Made by a program: the position numbers and the translations under genes
Shown here: piece after piece, positions 1 through 9,969 of the stretch
Layout of the letters: each line of letters starts with the position of its first letter
How positions within the stretch are numbered: the stretch's first letter is position 1
Notes under the pieces: generated by a model
Seen by the model: the letters and a program-made list of their open reading frames with translations, nothing else
The model's database searches: none
What the model was told of the DNA's origin: nothing
From: an uncultured Thiotrichales bacterium
Lineage (GTDB): Bacteria; Pseudomonadota; Gammaproteobacteria; UWMA-0217
Reading direction: 5' to 3'
Assembly (NCBI GenBank): GCA_964620675.1
Contig: CAZUJU010000001.1
Location: forward strand, 51,576-115,575
DNA: 64,000 nucleotides

Positions 1-2738
1 TGCCTATCCCACAAATCGTCCAGACCGAAATTCATTTCCTGCGCCGGCGCCGATTCTTCGGTGGTCAATTCGAGCCAGTCGCTCAGCGTATCGGGCTCCT
101 CGTCGGCCTCTGTGGCCACCGAGGCGGACTGTTTCGCCACATCCGCTGGAGGCGCTTCCAGCATTTCGACTGCACTGCCGTTCATCACATGCCGTGCGAT
201 GTCGGATGTTGGGCGCCGCCGGTGTTCGAATTGCGTCAGCAGTTTCGGCAGCAATTCGATTCCGCTGCCAATGTAGCGAACCGCGGGTTCACGCGTGGTC
301 ATGCCCTCGTCGAGCAAGCGATTCAGCAACGTTTCATGAGCCCAGGCAAATTCGCCGATCACTTGGGCGCCAATCAAGCGTGAGCTGCCTTTGAGGGTAT
401 GAAAGGCGCGGCGAATCGATGTTAGCAGCTGCTTGTCATCGGGGCGTTCGACCCAACTCGGATAGAGCAGTTGCAGACGCTCGATTTCCTCGTTGAGCTC
501 CTCAACAAAGACCTCGAGGATTTCGGGATCTTCGTCACTCGCAAGCACCGCAAGGCCCGCGAAGGGGTCGCTCGCGGGTGCCGGCTCGTCGCCACCCGCA
601 GGTTCGTTCCCCTGGCCCGCTTCGTCGTACACCTCGGGTGCGAGTTCGAGCGGGCCAGGCGGTTGTTGAGGTTCACGATCGACGCCTTCGTCAGGCGCCT
701 CTTGCTCGCTTTCGACGCCATCATCCAGCCGTAACGCCTCCATCAAGGAGGTGTCCCAAAGATCCGCCTCGAGGGCGTCGTCCTCAAGTTCCGCAGGTGC
801 CTCGGGCGCCCCAAAGTCCTCATCGATCTCGGCGAAATCCGCCAACTCGGGCTCGATCGGAAAGTCGGGCTCGTCACCCGTGATTTCATCAAGGTCGAGA
901 ATCTCCGTACCCGCGACCAAGGCGTCGTCCGCCTCCAGCAGTGCCGGGAGTTCCTGGTCGTCGCCAAAGCCGTCGTCGTCATCGAAATCGGCCGATTCTC
1001 CGCCGCTGGAGCTCGGCGCGGCTTCGGCCAACCGTTGCGCGAGCGCTTGCATCGCTTGCGCACCCGCATCGAGATAGGGTTGATGTTCGGATGCGCTGGT
1101 TTCGACGGATTCCAGGTAGAGCTCGACGCTCGCGACCACGTCCGCCAAACGCTCGATTGCCGGGTCGGGTGCCTTGAGTTGTAGTTCAGCGATTCGAGCG
1201 AGGTGCGGCGCCACTTCGCGCAGCAACCCTGCCGGCGCTTGCATTTCGAGCGAAATCAGGGTCTGACTCAAGTTGATCAGCCATTGCGAAACCGGTGTAA
1301 GCGCACCGGCGTCCTGAACGTCGGCGTTGAGATATTGCTGGATGGCATGCTTGCAGCGCTCGAGCTCATTCAACGACTCGCGGACCGCGACCGCGCGAAC
1401 GCGTACAAACTCCAACTCGCCCAACGCGACTTGCTGGGTTCGGTCAGGCAAAATGGCGCCCAACTCATGGGCGACCATGATGTCCCGCGCGACGATGCCG
1501 AACGAGGCCATCGCGTTTTCGACTTCCAGCAATACCTGGGCCAGCGCTGCGACCTGCGCTTCGCTCGGCGCTTGCCGGCGATCGAGCCGGGGTTCGAGTG
1601 CCTGGTGCTGCGCAAATACGACTTGGCGCAGCTCCCCAAGTCCCAGCATGCCAAGCGTTTCAGCCAAGCGCGCCAATGCAGGCAGCAAGAAAACTCCCGC
1701 GTTGGCCGCGCGATCACTCGATCCTTCGACCGCTTCAAGATAATCCTTGATGTCTTGAACATCCTCGGTCACAGCCTTCGCCACGGAGCGAAACAGCTCG
1801 TTGGTCTGACCTGCCACGCTGATGCGGGCGGCGGACATCGCCTCGGCACTCGGCAGATCACTGCCGAGGAAATAGGCATCGCGCACCGCATCGACGGTTG
1901 GGTTACCTGGTTGCGCGGTCGCGACGTAATGCAGGAGGTTCTTGACCAGATCGAGCGGAATGGTGGGTGCAAATCGTTGCTCGCCGACCTCGAACAGGAG
2001 GCGTATCTGGCGATCGAGTTTTCCGAGTAGCAGCTTGACCGCCGCGGAGGGTTGCAACGACTTGGAGTGCAAGGCCTCGAGCATCGCCTCGGCGACCCAC
2101 CAGAGGCGTTTGCTGGATCGGTACTTGGACGCCAGACGCAGACGTTGGCAGACCAACGACATTTTTTTAAGGTTTGCCGAGACGTTCTTGGCCCGGTACC
2201 ACCCCAGCAAACCCAGCTGGAAAACGTGCCGGGTGAGATGGGCGATCGCTTGTAACTCTTCCCCGGAGGTCGGCTGGCGATCAAGCACGTCGCCGTCATG
2301 CTCCAAGCGCGAGATGGTGATCAACTCGTCGCTGACGAGCGGTTCATCGCGCATCGTGCGCAGGTCGTTGACAATTGACACGAGCACGATCGGCATGTCG
2401 TCGCGACCCGATTGCAGGTACTCGAGATAGTCCGGCAGTTGCAACAAGGCGCGGACCACGAGTTTCGCGGCATCTTCCGGGCGTCGGACCTCCTCTTTGG
2501 CGAGCCTATCCACCAGCGCGAGGATCTCCTGTGCAAGCATCGCTGCACCCGCCAAATCCGCAACTTCGAGCGTTCCCAGCACATCCTTGATCAGGGGCAG
2601 CGCCTCACGCAGGCGCGCGGGTTGCGTCGGTTCATCGAGATAACGAAGCACCGTGGTTCGCGCCGACTCCAGGGAACGGTCGATTTCCCGCTTGACCCAG
2701 GCGAGCGAGTTGAAACGTGATTTGTCTTTGGATTCCAT
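1..2738 (-). CDS. chpA: ChpA-like CheA-family hybrid histidine kinase of the Pil-Chp system. N-terminal ~912 aa only; the gene continues beyond the window's 5' edge.
   Basis: Minus-strand reading frame from ATG at 2736-2738 (GGGAG RBS upstream) is open to position 1. N-terminus MESKDKSRFNSLAWVKREIDRSLESA... is ChpA/FimL-like. A canonical Hpt motif AFHTLKGSSR is encoded around 372-401. Acidic linkers are present. It lies immediately downstream of pilJ. It is absent from the ORF track because it is a partial ORF. Confidence 0.8.
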   Translation of the reverse strand, partial: MESKDKSRFNSLAWVKREIDRSLESARTTVLRYLDEPTQPARLREALPLIKDVLGTLEVADLAGAAMLAQEILALVDRLAKEEVRRPEDAAKLVVRALLQLPDYLEYLQSGRDDMPIVLVSIVNDLRTMRDEPLVSDELITISRLEHDGDVLDRQPTSGEELQAIAHLTRHVFQLGLLGWYRAKNVSANLKKMSLVCQRLRLASKYRSSKRLWWVAEAMLEALHSKSLQPSAAVKLLLGKLDRQIRLLFEVGEQRFAPTIPLDLVKNLLHYVATAQPGNPTVDAVRDAYFLGSDLPSAEAMSAARISVAGQTNELFRSVAKAVTEDVQDIKDYLEAVEGSSDRAANAGVFLLPALARLAETLGMLGLGELRQVVFAQHQALEPRLDRRQAPSEAQVAALAQVLLEVENAMASFGIVARDIMVAHELGAILPDRTQQVALGELEFVRVRAVAVRESLNELERCKHAIQQYLNADVQDAGALTPVSQWLINLSQTLISLEMQAPAGLLREVAPHLARIAELQLKAPDPAIERLADVVASVELYLESVETSASEHQPYLDAGAQAMQALAQRLAEAAPSSSGGESADFDDDDGFGDDQELPALLEADDALVAGTEILDLDEITGDEPDFPIEPELADFAEIDEDFGAPEAPAELEDDALEADLWDTSLMEALRLDDGVESEQEAPDEGVDREPQQPPGPLELAPEVYDEAGQGNEPAGGDEPAPASDPFAGLAVLASDEDPEILEVFVEELNEEIERLQLLYPSWVERPDDKQLLTSIRRAFHTLKGSSRLIGAQVIGEFAWAHETLLNRLLDEGMTTREPAVRYIGSGIELLPKLLTQFEHRRRPTSDIARHVMNGSAVEMLEAPPADVAKQSASVATEADEEPDTLSDWLELTTEESAPAQEMNFGLDDLWDR

Positions 2739-2788
2739 GAGCTCCCTCGAGCAATCTTCTAGCGTGACATCCGTGTCGATGAATTAGT

Positions 2789-4906
2789 TCAATATCGCGC
2801 GACGACCTCATCGGGAGACGCCTGGGGCGACATCTCACCGAGAGACCCGGCGTTGAACGCCTCATCTTGTCCGGGAAGCTTGAAACCCTCTACCGACTTG
2901 CTGAGCTCAGCGGCCTGACCTACCAAATCCGCGAGCGCGACCGCAGTTTCGTTGGTCGAGTTCACGGTTTGCTTGGTGATCTCCTGAATCGACCCCATCG
3001 CCTCGGCAACCACCCCGGATACGATCGCCTGTTCGCGCGCCTCCTCGGAAATGTCCTTGATCAATCCGGCGAGTTTGTGCGTAACCTTCTCAATTTCGCC
3101 GAGCGCTTTGCCGGCATCTTCGGCCTGATTGGCGCCGACCACCACGTTAGCCGTGCTCTTTTCCATCGACCCGATCGCTTCGTGGGTATCGGCCTGAATC
3201 GTCTTGACGAGCATTTCGATCTGTTTACTCGCATTGCCGGCACGCTCAGCGAGGCGCTGCACCTCGTCGGCCACGACCGCGAATCCGCGCCCGCCCTCAC
3301 CTGCCGACGACGCCTGGATCGCCGCGTTGAGCGCGAGGATGTTGGTTTGTTCCGCGATATCCGTAATCATGCCGACGATATCGCCGATCTCCTGCGAGCT
3401 CTCGCCGAGACGCTTGATGCGCTTGGCGGTATCCTGAATGTGCTCACGGATCCGGTCCATGCCGTCGATGGTCCGGTGCACCGTGTCCACACCGCGCTGA
3501 GCGATGACCAGCGATTGCTCCGCAACCTTCGCCGAAATGTCGGCGTTGTTGGAAACCCGCGCGATCGAGTGCGTTAAGTCGTTGATCGAATCGGTCGCGG
3601 ACGCGATCTTGCGCGCCTGCTTCTTGCTTGCCTCGGCCAACTGAATCGAATTTTTTCGGCTCGCCTCGGCACGCTGCGAGACCTTGCCAGCCGATTCGTT
3701 AATCGTGTAGACGAGGGTGCGCAGCGCATCGACCGCGTAATTCACCGAATCGGCGATCGCACCGGTAATGTCCTCGGTGACAGTCGCAGAAACGGTGAGA
3801 TCTCCATCCGCAAGCGTCGCCATCTCGTCCAGCAGGGTCAGAATGGCTTGCTGGTTGCGATCGTTCACGGATTGGGTTTGCTGAAGCTGGCGATTGGTCC
3901 CGCGCAGAACGCCGAAAACCAGCATCAGAAAGCTCGCGATCGCGAGCGCCGCGAGGACGAAACCGGCCGTTGTCCACAGCGCATTGTTGCGATTGTATTC
4001 GTGGATCGCGCGCTCGATCCGCGACACACCTTCGAACAGGGCACGGCCATCCGCCTCGATCGCGCTCGCCGCCTGCTTGACCGCAAGCAGCTGCGGTGCC
4101 AGCTCAACCAGTCGCCCAGCGCTATCGGCCACGTCGCCAAATACCAGCACGATCGCGTCGAGCTGCTTTTGACCGTTGGTCACCGATATGCGATCCAGAC
4201 CGAGCGTCGCGTTTCCGGACCGCATCCCGTCGACGACCTGGCTGAAGGTCGCAACGTCGCGGTTGAGCTCATCGGCGGACTCCAGTGCCCCGCGTTCGCC
4301 TACAAACAAAGCGTTCAGATTGTTTTCGATCCGCTCCGCGAGCACCAGTTGTCGTGTCGCGAGGTAGACCTGGTTGGGGTTAGCTCGGGATTCGCGTAGA
4401 ATCTCGATTATTTTATTCGATGAATCAATAAGTTGTGGGAGCTTCAGTTTGACAGATTCGACCGCGCTCTGGGTCCCGCCGACGATTTCGCGACTGGCGA
4501 GAATCGCCGCGAGTTGGCGATCATAGCGGTCCCAAAGCGTGATATTTTGCTCAAGCTCAGGGGTCAATTCGGCCGGTAGCGGGGGCAAGCCGGTGGCCGA
4601 GTCGCCGTGCAGCAACAAATTGAGATCGGCCTGAAATTCGCCGCGCAGCTGCTTGAGCATCAGGAATGAGGCTTCCGAACCTTGCGCCGCTGACAAGGAC
4701 TGAGTCGTCATCCGCTGCGAAAGCAGTCGCAGGTTGCCCGACGCGTCGAGGTAACGCCGACCGAGTTCATCGAACACCGCGCCTTGGTAAAATGCGATTG
4801 CCATCAAAACGATGAACGCCGCGAACAGGCTTCCCCAGAGCCAAAGGGTACGGCCAATCGCAGTAGACTGCGCACCGCGTGATTGCATGGAGCTGAATGC
4901 TTTCAT
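2789..4906 (-). CDS. pilJ: Methyl-accepting chemotaxis protein of the Pil-Chp system (PilJ-like MCP).
   Basis: 705 aa with an N-terminal TM segment, periplasmic region, HAMP domain and the highly conserved MCP signalling domain (ASATDSINDLTHSIARVSNNADISAKVAEQS... methylation heptads). ATG at 4906 with an AGGA RBS. The track start at 4990 is TTG and would overlap pilI. Confidence 0.85.
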   Translation of the reverse strand: MKAFSSMQSRGAQSTAIGRTLWLWGSLFAAFIVLMAIAFYQGAVFDELGRRYLDASGNLRLLSQRMTTQSLSAAQGSEASFLMLKQLRGEFQADLNLLLHGDSATGLPPLPAELTPELEQNITLWDRYDRQLAAILASREIVGGTQSAVESVKLKLPQLIDSSNKIIEILRESRANPNQVYLATRQLVLAERIENNLNALFVGERGALESADELNRDVATFSQVVDGMRSGNATLGLDRISVTNGQKQLDAIVLVFGDVADSAGRLVELAPQLLAVKQAASAIEADGRALFEGVSRIERAIHEYNRNNALWTTAGFVLAALAIASFLMLVFGVLRGTNRQLQQTQSVNDRNQQAILTLLDEMATLADGDLTVSATVTEDITGAIADSVNYAVDALRTLVYTINESAGKVSQRAEASRKNSIQLAEASKKQARKIASATDSINDLTHSIARVSNNADISAKVAEQSLVIAQRGVDTVHRTIDGMDRIREHIQDTAKRIKRLGESSQEIGDIVGMITDIAEQTNILALNAAIQASSAGEGGRGFAVVADEVQRLAERAGNASKQIEMLVKTIQADTHEAIGSMEKSTANVVVGANQAEDAGKALGEIEKVTHKLAGLIKDISEEAREQAIVSGVVAEAMGSIQEITKQTVNSTNETAVALADLVGQAAELSKSVEGFKLPGQDEAFNAGSLGEMSPQASPDEVVARY

Positions 4907-4955
4907 GATCCTGATACTCGATAAGAGGGCGGAGTTTCGAATTTGAGGTCGGCGT

Positions 4956-5504
4956 TCACAAGGCGGCCTGGGCAAAGGTCGGGTGTACAAGCAGTCGCGG
5001 CAGATCCAACACCGCGAAGTGCTCGCCGTAGCGACGGTAGGCGTGAGCGACGAATTCCGCCAGCCCCGGCGCCAGAGGGGGTGGGTCGGCGCATTTGTCG
5101 CCCGCCCAGTAGTGCTTCATGCCGAAAACTTCGTTGACCAGCAAGCCAAAGCGTTGATTGTTATCGGTCACGACGAGCAAGCGCTGTCCGGTATCGGTTC
5201 GGGAGATCGCGCCGAGGCCGAGAAACGCCGGTAGGTCGACGATCGGAATCAGCGCGCCATGGAGATTTGCCAATCCGAGCAACCAATGCTTGACGCCCGG
5301 CACTCGAACATAGACGGGTAACGGCACGATCTCGGCCAAACTGGGCATAGCCGCCAGCACGCGGTCGTTACCCAGGCGAAACAACACTCCGGTCCATTCG
5401 TGCTGGCCTTGTCCCGCGCCGGGTGCCCCTTCGCGCAGCAGGCGAAAGCGCCGATCGAGTTCACCCAATGCTGCGAAAGGGTCGGATGCCGTGGGAGTTT
5501 CCAT
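4956..5504 (-). CDS. pilI: CheW-like coupling protein.
   Basis: 182 aa CheW fold. ATGA start/stop overlap with pilH. Position matches pilGHIJ order. Confidence 0.75.
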   Translation of the reverse strand: METPTASDPFAALGELDRRFRLLREGAPGAGQGQHEWTGVLFRLGNDRVLAAMPSLAEIVPLPVYVRVPGVKHWLLGLANLHGALIPIVDLPAFLGLGAISRTDTGQRLLVVTDNNQRFGLLVNEVFGMKHYWAGDKCADPPPLAPGLAEFVAHAYRRYGEHFAVLDLPRLLVHPTFAQAAL

Positions 5505-5875
5505 CAGTCGCGAGCCCCCAAAATGTCACGAATGCAGCCAAGCAGCTGCTTTTCATTCGCGGGCTTGACCAGATAGGCCTTCGCCCCTTGACGCTTGGCC
5601 CACAACATGTCGGATTCACCGTCCTTAGTGGTCACCATGACCACGGGAATTGCTTGGGTTTCGGCCCCCTTGCTGAGCTCGCGCGTCGCTTGAAAGCCAT
5701 TGAGTTCAGGCATGACCACATCCATCAGGATCAGATCCGGACCGAGGCGCCGCGCCAGCTGTAAACCTTCCGAACCGTTATTGGCGATGCTGACGGTGTG
5801 GCCGTTTTTTTCCAGCATCCGCTTGAACACGTGCCGGTCGGTCGCTGAATCGTCGACTACCAGAATATGCGCCAT
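5504..5875 (-). CDS. pilH: CheY-like response regulator (PilH).
   Basis: 123 aa single receiver domain: ILVVDDS...LILMDVVMPELNGF...K. Confidence 0.8.
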   Translation of the reverse strand: MAHILVVDDSATDRHVFKRMLEKNGHTVSIANNGSEGLQLARRLGPDLILMDVVMPELNGFQATRELSKGAETQAIPVVMVTTKDGESDMLWAKRQGAKAYLVKPANEKQLLGCIRDILGARD

Positions 5876-5911
5876 TCGAACCCTCCTAAACCCTGCATCT
5901 TGCGGTCGTTG

Positions 5912-6310
5912 TCACTGCACATAATCGCGAATCGCGCCAAGCAGGTCGTCGCGAGTGAACGGCTTGGTCAGGTATTGCTCGGAGCCGACGATGCGGCCCT
6001 TCGCCTTATCGAAGATCCCGTCCTTGCTCGATAACATGATGACGGGCGTGTGGCGAAAACGCTTGTTGTGCTTGATCAACGCGCAGGTCTGATACCCGTC
6101 GAGACGCGGCATCAGGATATCGACGAAGATGATGCTGGGTTCGTGCTCCGCTATTTTCGCCAACGCATCATAGCCATCCACCGCCGTGATCACGTCAAAT
6201 CCGTAATTGCGCAACAAGGCTTCGGCGGTCTTGCGGATCGTCTTGCTGTCGTCAATGACCATCACCCTCAATGGACGTTCCCCGTCCTCATGCTCCCGAA
6301 TCGCCGACAT
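5912..6310 (-). CDS. pilG: CheY-like response regulator (PilG).
   Basis: 132 aa receiver domain, first gene of the pilGHIJ-chpA cluster and divergent from gshB as in Pseudomonas. Confidence 0.8.
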   Translation of the reverse strand: MSAIREHEDGERPLRVMVIDDSKTIRKTAEALLRNYGFDVITAVDGYDALAKIAEHEPSIIFVDILMPRLDGYQTCALIKHNKRFRHTPVIMLSSKDGIFDKAKGRIVGSEQYLTKPFTRDDLLGAIRDYVQ

Positions 6311-6504
6311 TCAAGCCTCTCCCGTGATAATTCCGCCAAGCTTACGCCACTGCCTTCTGAATCTAACGTAAGGTAAAAAACCCAAGCAACCGCGAATGTC
6401 CGAATCTTCCAATCAGTTATCGTTTTCCAAGGAGTTTGCAAGATATCTGTCGTTCATCCACGATGCGTCTTCAATTCGACACCCACCGACCCGGTCTATT
6501 CTGC

Positions 6505-7479
6505 ATGGACATCGATATTGGATTTGTGATGGACCCCTTGGAATCCATCAACCCAAAAAAGGATAGTACGATAGCTATGATGCGCGCGGCACAACGGCGG
6601 GGCTGGCGGGTATGGTATTTCGGTCCAGAGGACATGTTCGTCCGCGACGGCGAACTGCGGGCGCGACGCGCGGCAGTCACGGTGTCGGACGAGACGCAAC
6701 GGTGGTACGACGTGCACGAAATCGTCACGCGGCCGGTACGTGAGCTCGATTTGCTGCTAATGCGCAAGGATCCGCCGTTCGACATGGAGTACATCTATGC
6801 GACCTACCTCCTTGAACAGGCGGAACGCGAGGGGGTCCGGGTCTGCAATCGGCCGCGCGCGCTGCGCGATTGCAACGAAAAGTACGCAACCACCTGGTTT
6901 CCGCACTGCGCGCCACCCACGCTGGTGGGCCGCGAGGCTGAGGTGTTTCGCGATTTCCTCCGCGAGCAGGGCAGCATCGTCGTCAAGCCGCTTGACGGCA
7001 TGGGAGGCGCCTCGATATTTCGGATCGATCAGGGCGACCCAAATACCAATGTCATACTTGAAACCCTGTTGCGCCACGGCCGCTCGACGGCCATCGCGCA
7101 GCGCTTTCTTCCCGAGTACGCCCAAGGCGACAAGCGGATTCTCCTGATCGACGGCGAACCCATTCCGTATGCGCTCGCGCGGATTCCGGCCGCGGGCGAA
7201 GCGCGCGCAAATCTGGCAGTCGGTGGGAAAGGGATCGGGCAACCGCTGTCGGCGCGGGATCTATGGATCTGCGCGGAAATCGCCCCCGAACTCAGACGTC
7301 GCGGTCTCACCTTCGTCGGAATCGATGTGATCGGCGATTACCTGACCGAGATCAACGTCACGAGTCCGACCGGAATCCGCGAACTCGATGCGCAATTCGG
7401 CCTCGATATCGGCGGGGCGCTGATGGATGCCCTCGCCGCGCAACTCGAATCACCGCAGCCGCCACACGTCAAGTGTTAA
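6505..7479 (+). CDS. gshB: Glutathione synthetase, prokaryotic ATP-grasp type.
   Basis: N-terminus MDIDIGFVMDPLESINPKKDSTIAMMRAAQRRGW aligns with E. coli GshB MIKLGIVMDPIANINIKKDSS. ATP-grasp C-terminal half present. The track start at 6436 is TTG. Confidence 0.85.
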   Translation: MDIDIGFVMDPLESINPKKDSTIAMMRAAQRRGWRVWYFGPEDMFVRDGELRARRAAVTVSDETQRWYDVHEIVTRPVRELDLLLMRKDPPFDMEYIYATYLLEQAEREGVRVCNRPRALRDCNEKYATTWFPHCAPPTLVGREAEVFRDFLREQGSIVVKPLDGMGGASIFRIDQGDPNTNVILETLLRHGRSTAIAQRFLPEYAQGDKRILLIDGEPIPYALARIPAAGEARANLAVGGKGIGQPLSARDLWICAEIAPELRRRGLTFVGIDVIGDYLTEINVTSPTGIRELDAQFGLDIGGALMDALAAQLESPQPPHVKC

Positions 7480-7546
7480 CCCGGTCGTGGCCTCGGCGCC
7501 AAAACCGTCTAAAATATCGCGTCTGCAGGAACACCTGACCACCTGA

Positions 7547-8419
7547 ATGTCCGCAATACTGGCACATCCTCACGTTCGCGATGCCGATCGCTTCGGGCTC
7601 ACGCTGTTTGTCGCCAGCGTGTTACACGGAATCGTTATTCTCGGACTGTCATTCGGCTTTGACTTGTCGCGCGGAAAAAGCCTTCAGTCTCCGCTTGATG
7701 TGGTGCTGGTGAACACCGTCAGCCACGAAGCACCGACCGACGCCGAACGCATCGCGCAGTTCAATCAACAACAGAGCGGTAGCAGCGATCTCGATGGGCG
7801 CCCGGCGGAGGAACTCGTCTCGCCGATGCCGAGCATCCAGGAGGGCGCCGCCGATTCACCGCAGGAAATTCGCACCCAGGACGTACGCAAGGTTCGCCAG
7901 GAACAATTTCTTACGAGCGAGCGCTCCACCATCAGGGTCGCCACCGATCGCGAATCCGAGCAGGACAAGCCGGTGGAAGACCTGAGCGAACAGGAGGTCA
8001 TCAAGCGCGACGTCGAGATCGCACGGCTCGCAGCCGAGGTCGAGATCGCACATCAGAACTACGCCAAGCGCCCGCGCATCCATTTCATCGACGCCTTGTC
8101 GGCCAAGAGCGCCGTCGAGGCGAAGTATATCGACTACTGGGTCAAGCGGGTCGAGAGTATCGGCAATCTGAACTATCCCGAGGATGCGCGCCGCGACAGC
8201 GTGAGCGGCAAGCTAATCTTGAATGTCCTGCTGGACAACAACGGCAAAGTCCTCAAGGTTCAAGTCGCTCAATCCTCGGGTAGCAAGATGCTCGACGAAG
8301 CCGCCGTCAGCATCGTCAAGATATCTTCGCCGTTTCCGACATTTCCGCGGGAAATGCGCGGGCAGTATGACCAACTTATGATCACGCGCACCTGGGTGTT
8401 CCACAGCGGCGGGACCTGA
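7547..8419 (+). CDS. TonB-family energy transducer, syntenic with Pseudomonas TonB3.
   Basis: N-terminal TM helix, charged/Pro-poor linker and a C-terminal TonB domain (YPEDARRDSVSGKLILNVLLDNNGKVLKVQVAQSSGSKMLDEAAVSIV). Position between gshB and yqgE matches tonB3 of P. aeruginosa. Confidence 0.65.
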   Translation: MSAILAHPHVRDADRFGLTLFVASVLHGIVILGLSFGFDLSRGKSLQSPLDVVLVNTVSHEAPTDAERIAQFNQQQSGSSDLDGRPAEELVSPMPSIQEGAADSPQEIRTQDVRKVRQEQFLTSERSTIRVATDRESEQDKPVEDLSEQEVIKRDVEIARLAAEVEIAHQNYAKRPRIHFIDALSAKSAVEAKYIDYWVKRVESIGNLNYPEDARRDSVSGKLILNVLLDNNGKVLKVQVAQSSGSKMLDEAAVSIVKISSPFPTFPREMRGQYDQLMITRTWVFHSGGT

Positions 8420-8482
8420 ACCCGCGCCGCGGCGACGCATTCGGGTCTTGCAGTTTCCTTGCGCAAGCGGTACATCTCTCGC

Positions 8483-9043
8483 ATGAATCTGGAGCTCGGC
8501 AACCACTTTTTGATCGCCATGCCTGGCATGGAGGATCCCAATTTTTCGCAAACCCTCACGTTGATCTGCGAACACAACGAGAGTGGCGCGATCGGCTTCG
8601 TCATCAACCGGCCGACCGCGGTCAAACTCAGCTCGTTGGTCGCCGAATACTCGGATGCGACGGAGTTCGCTAGCGAACTCGAAAATCGCTTCCTGTTCGA
8701 AGGCGGGCCGGTCGAAACCGCGCGCGGCTTCATTATGCACAGTGCCGAGCAGACCTGGAAAACCACGTTGCGGGTGAGCGATGCGCTGAGTGTCACAGCC
8801 TCCAGCGACATCATCGCCGCCATCGCCGCCGGTCGCGGCCCCGAGAAATTTCTGTTTCTAATCGGATACGCCGGCTGGGGGCCTGGGCAATTGGAGCAGG
8901 AAATCCTCGACAACGCGTGGTTGACCGGTCCGGCGGACCCGCACATCGTGTTCGACCTCACGCCCGAAGCGCGTTGGCGCGCCGCGGCGTTGAGCCTTGG
9001 GGTCGATCTCGGGCTGATTCCTGCTCAGGCCGGACATGCCTGA
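8483..9043 (+). CDS. yqgE: YqgE/AlgH family protein (UPF0301).
   Basis: MNLELGNHFLIAMPGMEDPNFSQTLTLICEHNESGAIGFVINRP is the family signature. ATG at 8483; the track start at 8459 is TTG. Confidence 0.8.
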   Translation: MNLELGNHFLIAMPGMEDPNFSQTLTLICEHNESGAIGFVINRPTAVKLSSLVAEYSDATEFASELENRFLFEGGPVETARGFIMHSAEQTWKTTLRVSDALSVTASSDIIAAIAAGRGPEKFLFLIGYAGWGPGQLEQEILDNAWLTGPADPHIVFDLTPEARWRAAALSLGVDLGLIPAQAGHA

Positions 9044-9473
9044 TGCGTCGGCGCAAAAAGCGCTCGCGATTGATTACGGCCGCAAGCGCATCGGCATCGC
9101 GCTCGGTATTCGTCTGAGTCAGTCTGCGATTCCGCTTGCGATGCTTGAAAATCGCTCCGAAACTCAGGTACTGGTGCAACTCGACGCCCTGGTGAATGAA
9201 TGGCAGCCCGAGGTGCTGGTACTCGGCGAACCGACCAATTCGGACGGAACCGCGCATCCAATGTCCACGGTCATCGCGCAATTCGGTTCGGTACTAAGAA
9301 ACCGTTACAATTTGCCGCTCATTTACCTGAACGAGGCGTATTCCTCGTTCGAGGCCAATCAGCGACTCAAGCAACTGCGCCAGCAAGGTCGCCGGCGAAA
9401 AATCGCCAAACACGAAATCGATCAACAGGCCGCCGCAATCCTGGCCGAAAGCTGGCTGAACCACCATGACTGA
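9036..9473 (+). CDS. ruvX: Holliday-junction-resolvase-like nuclease YqgF/RuvX.
   Basis: ALAIDYGRKRIGIALG... is the RNase H-like YqgF motif. 8-nt overlap with yqgE, as in the conserved operon. Confidence 0.85.
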   Translation: MPDASAQKALAIDYGRKRIGIALGIRLSQSAIPLAMLENRSETQVLVQLDALVNEWQPEVLVLGEPTNSDGTAHPMSTVIAQFGSVLRNRYNLPLIYLNEAYSSFEANQRLKQLRQQGRRRKIAKHEIDQQAAAILAESWLNHHD

Positions 9474-9969
9474 AACCTTTCCCGCCGATGCCTTGGTCGA
9501 GGAACTCGCCGCGCAGACTCGTGCACTCATCACAACGCGCGGACTTGCCGCACCCGCGATGGTCGGAGTCCATACCGGCGGCGCCTGGGTTGCGCAACGC
9601 CTGCACCGGCTGCTGGGATTGGAGCAACCCCTGGGTACGCTCGACATCAGCTTTTATCGCGACGACTTTACCCGTAAGGGGCTCAATCCGCTCGTCAAGC
9701 CTTCAAATTTGCCGTTCGATATCGACGATCGCAATATCCTGCTCGTCGATGACGTGCTCCACACCGGACGCACGGTGCGCGCAGCGATGAACGAGTTATT
9801 CGATTACGGGCGCCCGGCAAGCATCGTTCTCATCGTTCTGGCCGAACGGCCAGGACGCGAACTGCCGATCGAGCCCGCGATCTGTGGCCGACACTTCGCA
9901 CTCGCCGCACACCAACACATCAAACTGACCGGACCCGATTCATTGCGCCTGGAAGTGCTGGATTCATGA
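9466..9969 (+). CDS. pyrR: Bifunctional pyrimidine regulatory protein / uracil phosphoribosyltransferase PyrR.
   Basis: PRTase motif [17 protein letters not shown]. 167 aa. Overlaps ruvX stop and the pyrB start. Confidence 0.85.
   Translation: MTETFPADALVEELAAQTRALITTRGLAAPAMVGVHTGGAWVAQRLHRLLGLEQPLGTLDISFYRDDFTRKGLNPLVKPSNLPFDIDDRNILLVDDVLHTGRTVRAAMNELFDYGRPASIVLIVLAERPGRELPIEPAICGRHFALAAHQHIKLTGPDSLRLEVLDS

Noticed and set aside
6436-6504. ORF-track N-terminal extensions using TTG/GTG starts (for example gshB 6436, yqgE 8459, pilJ 4990, ntrB 37397, the arsR-like gene 44314, parB 59505, glmS 50028, glmU 51364, gpsA 42142, secB 42702).
   Set aside because: Homolog alignments and ATG+RBS contexts support downstream starts. 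Several extensions would overlap upstream genes or run through operator/promoter elements.
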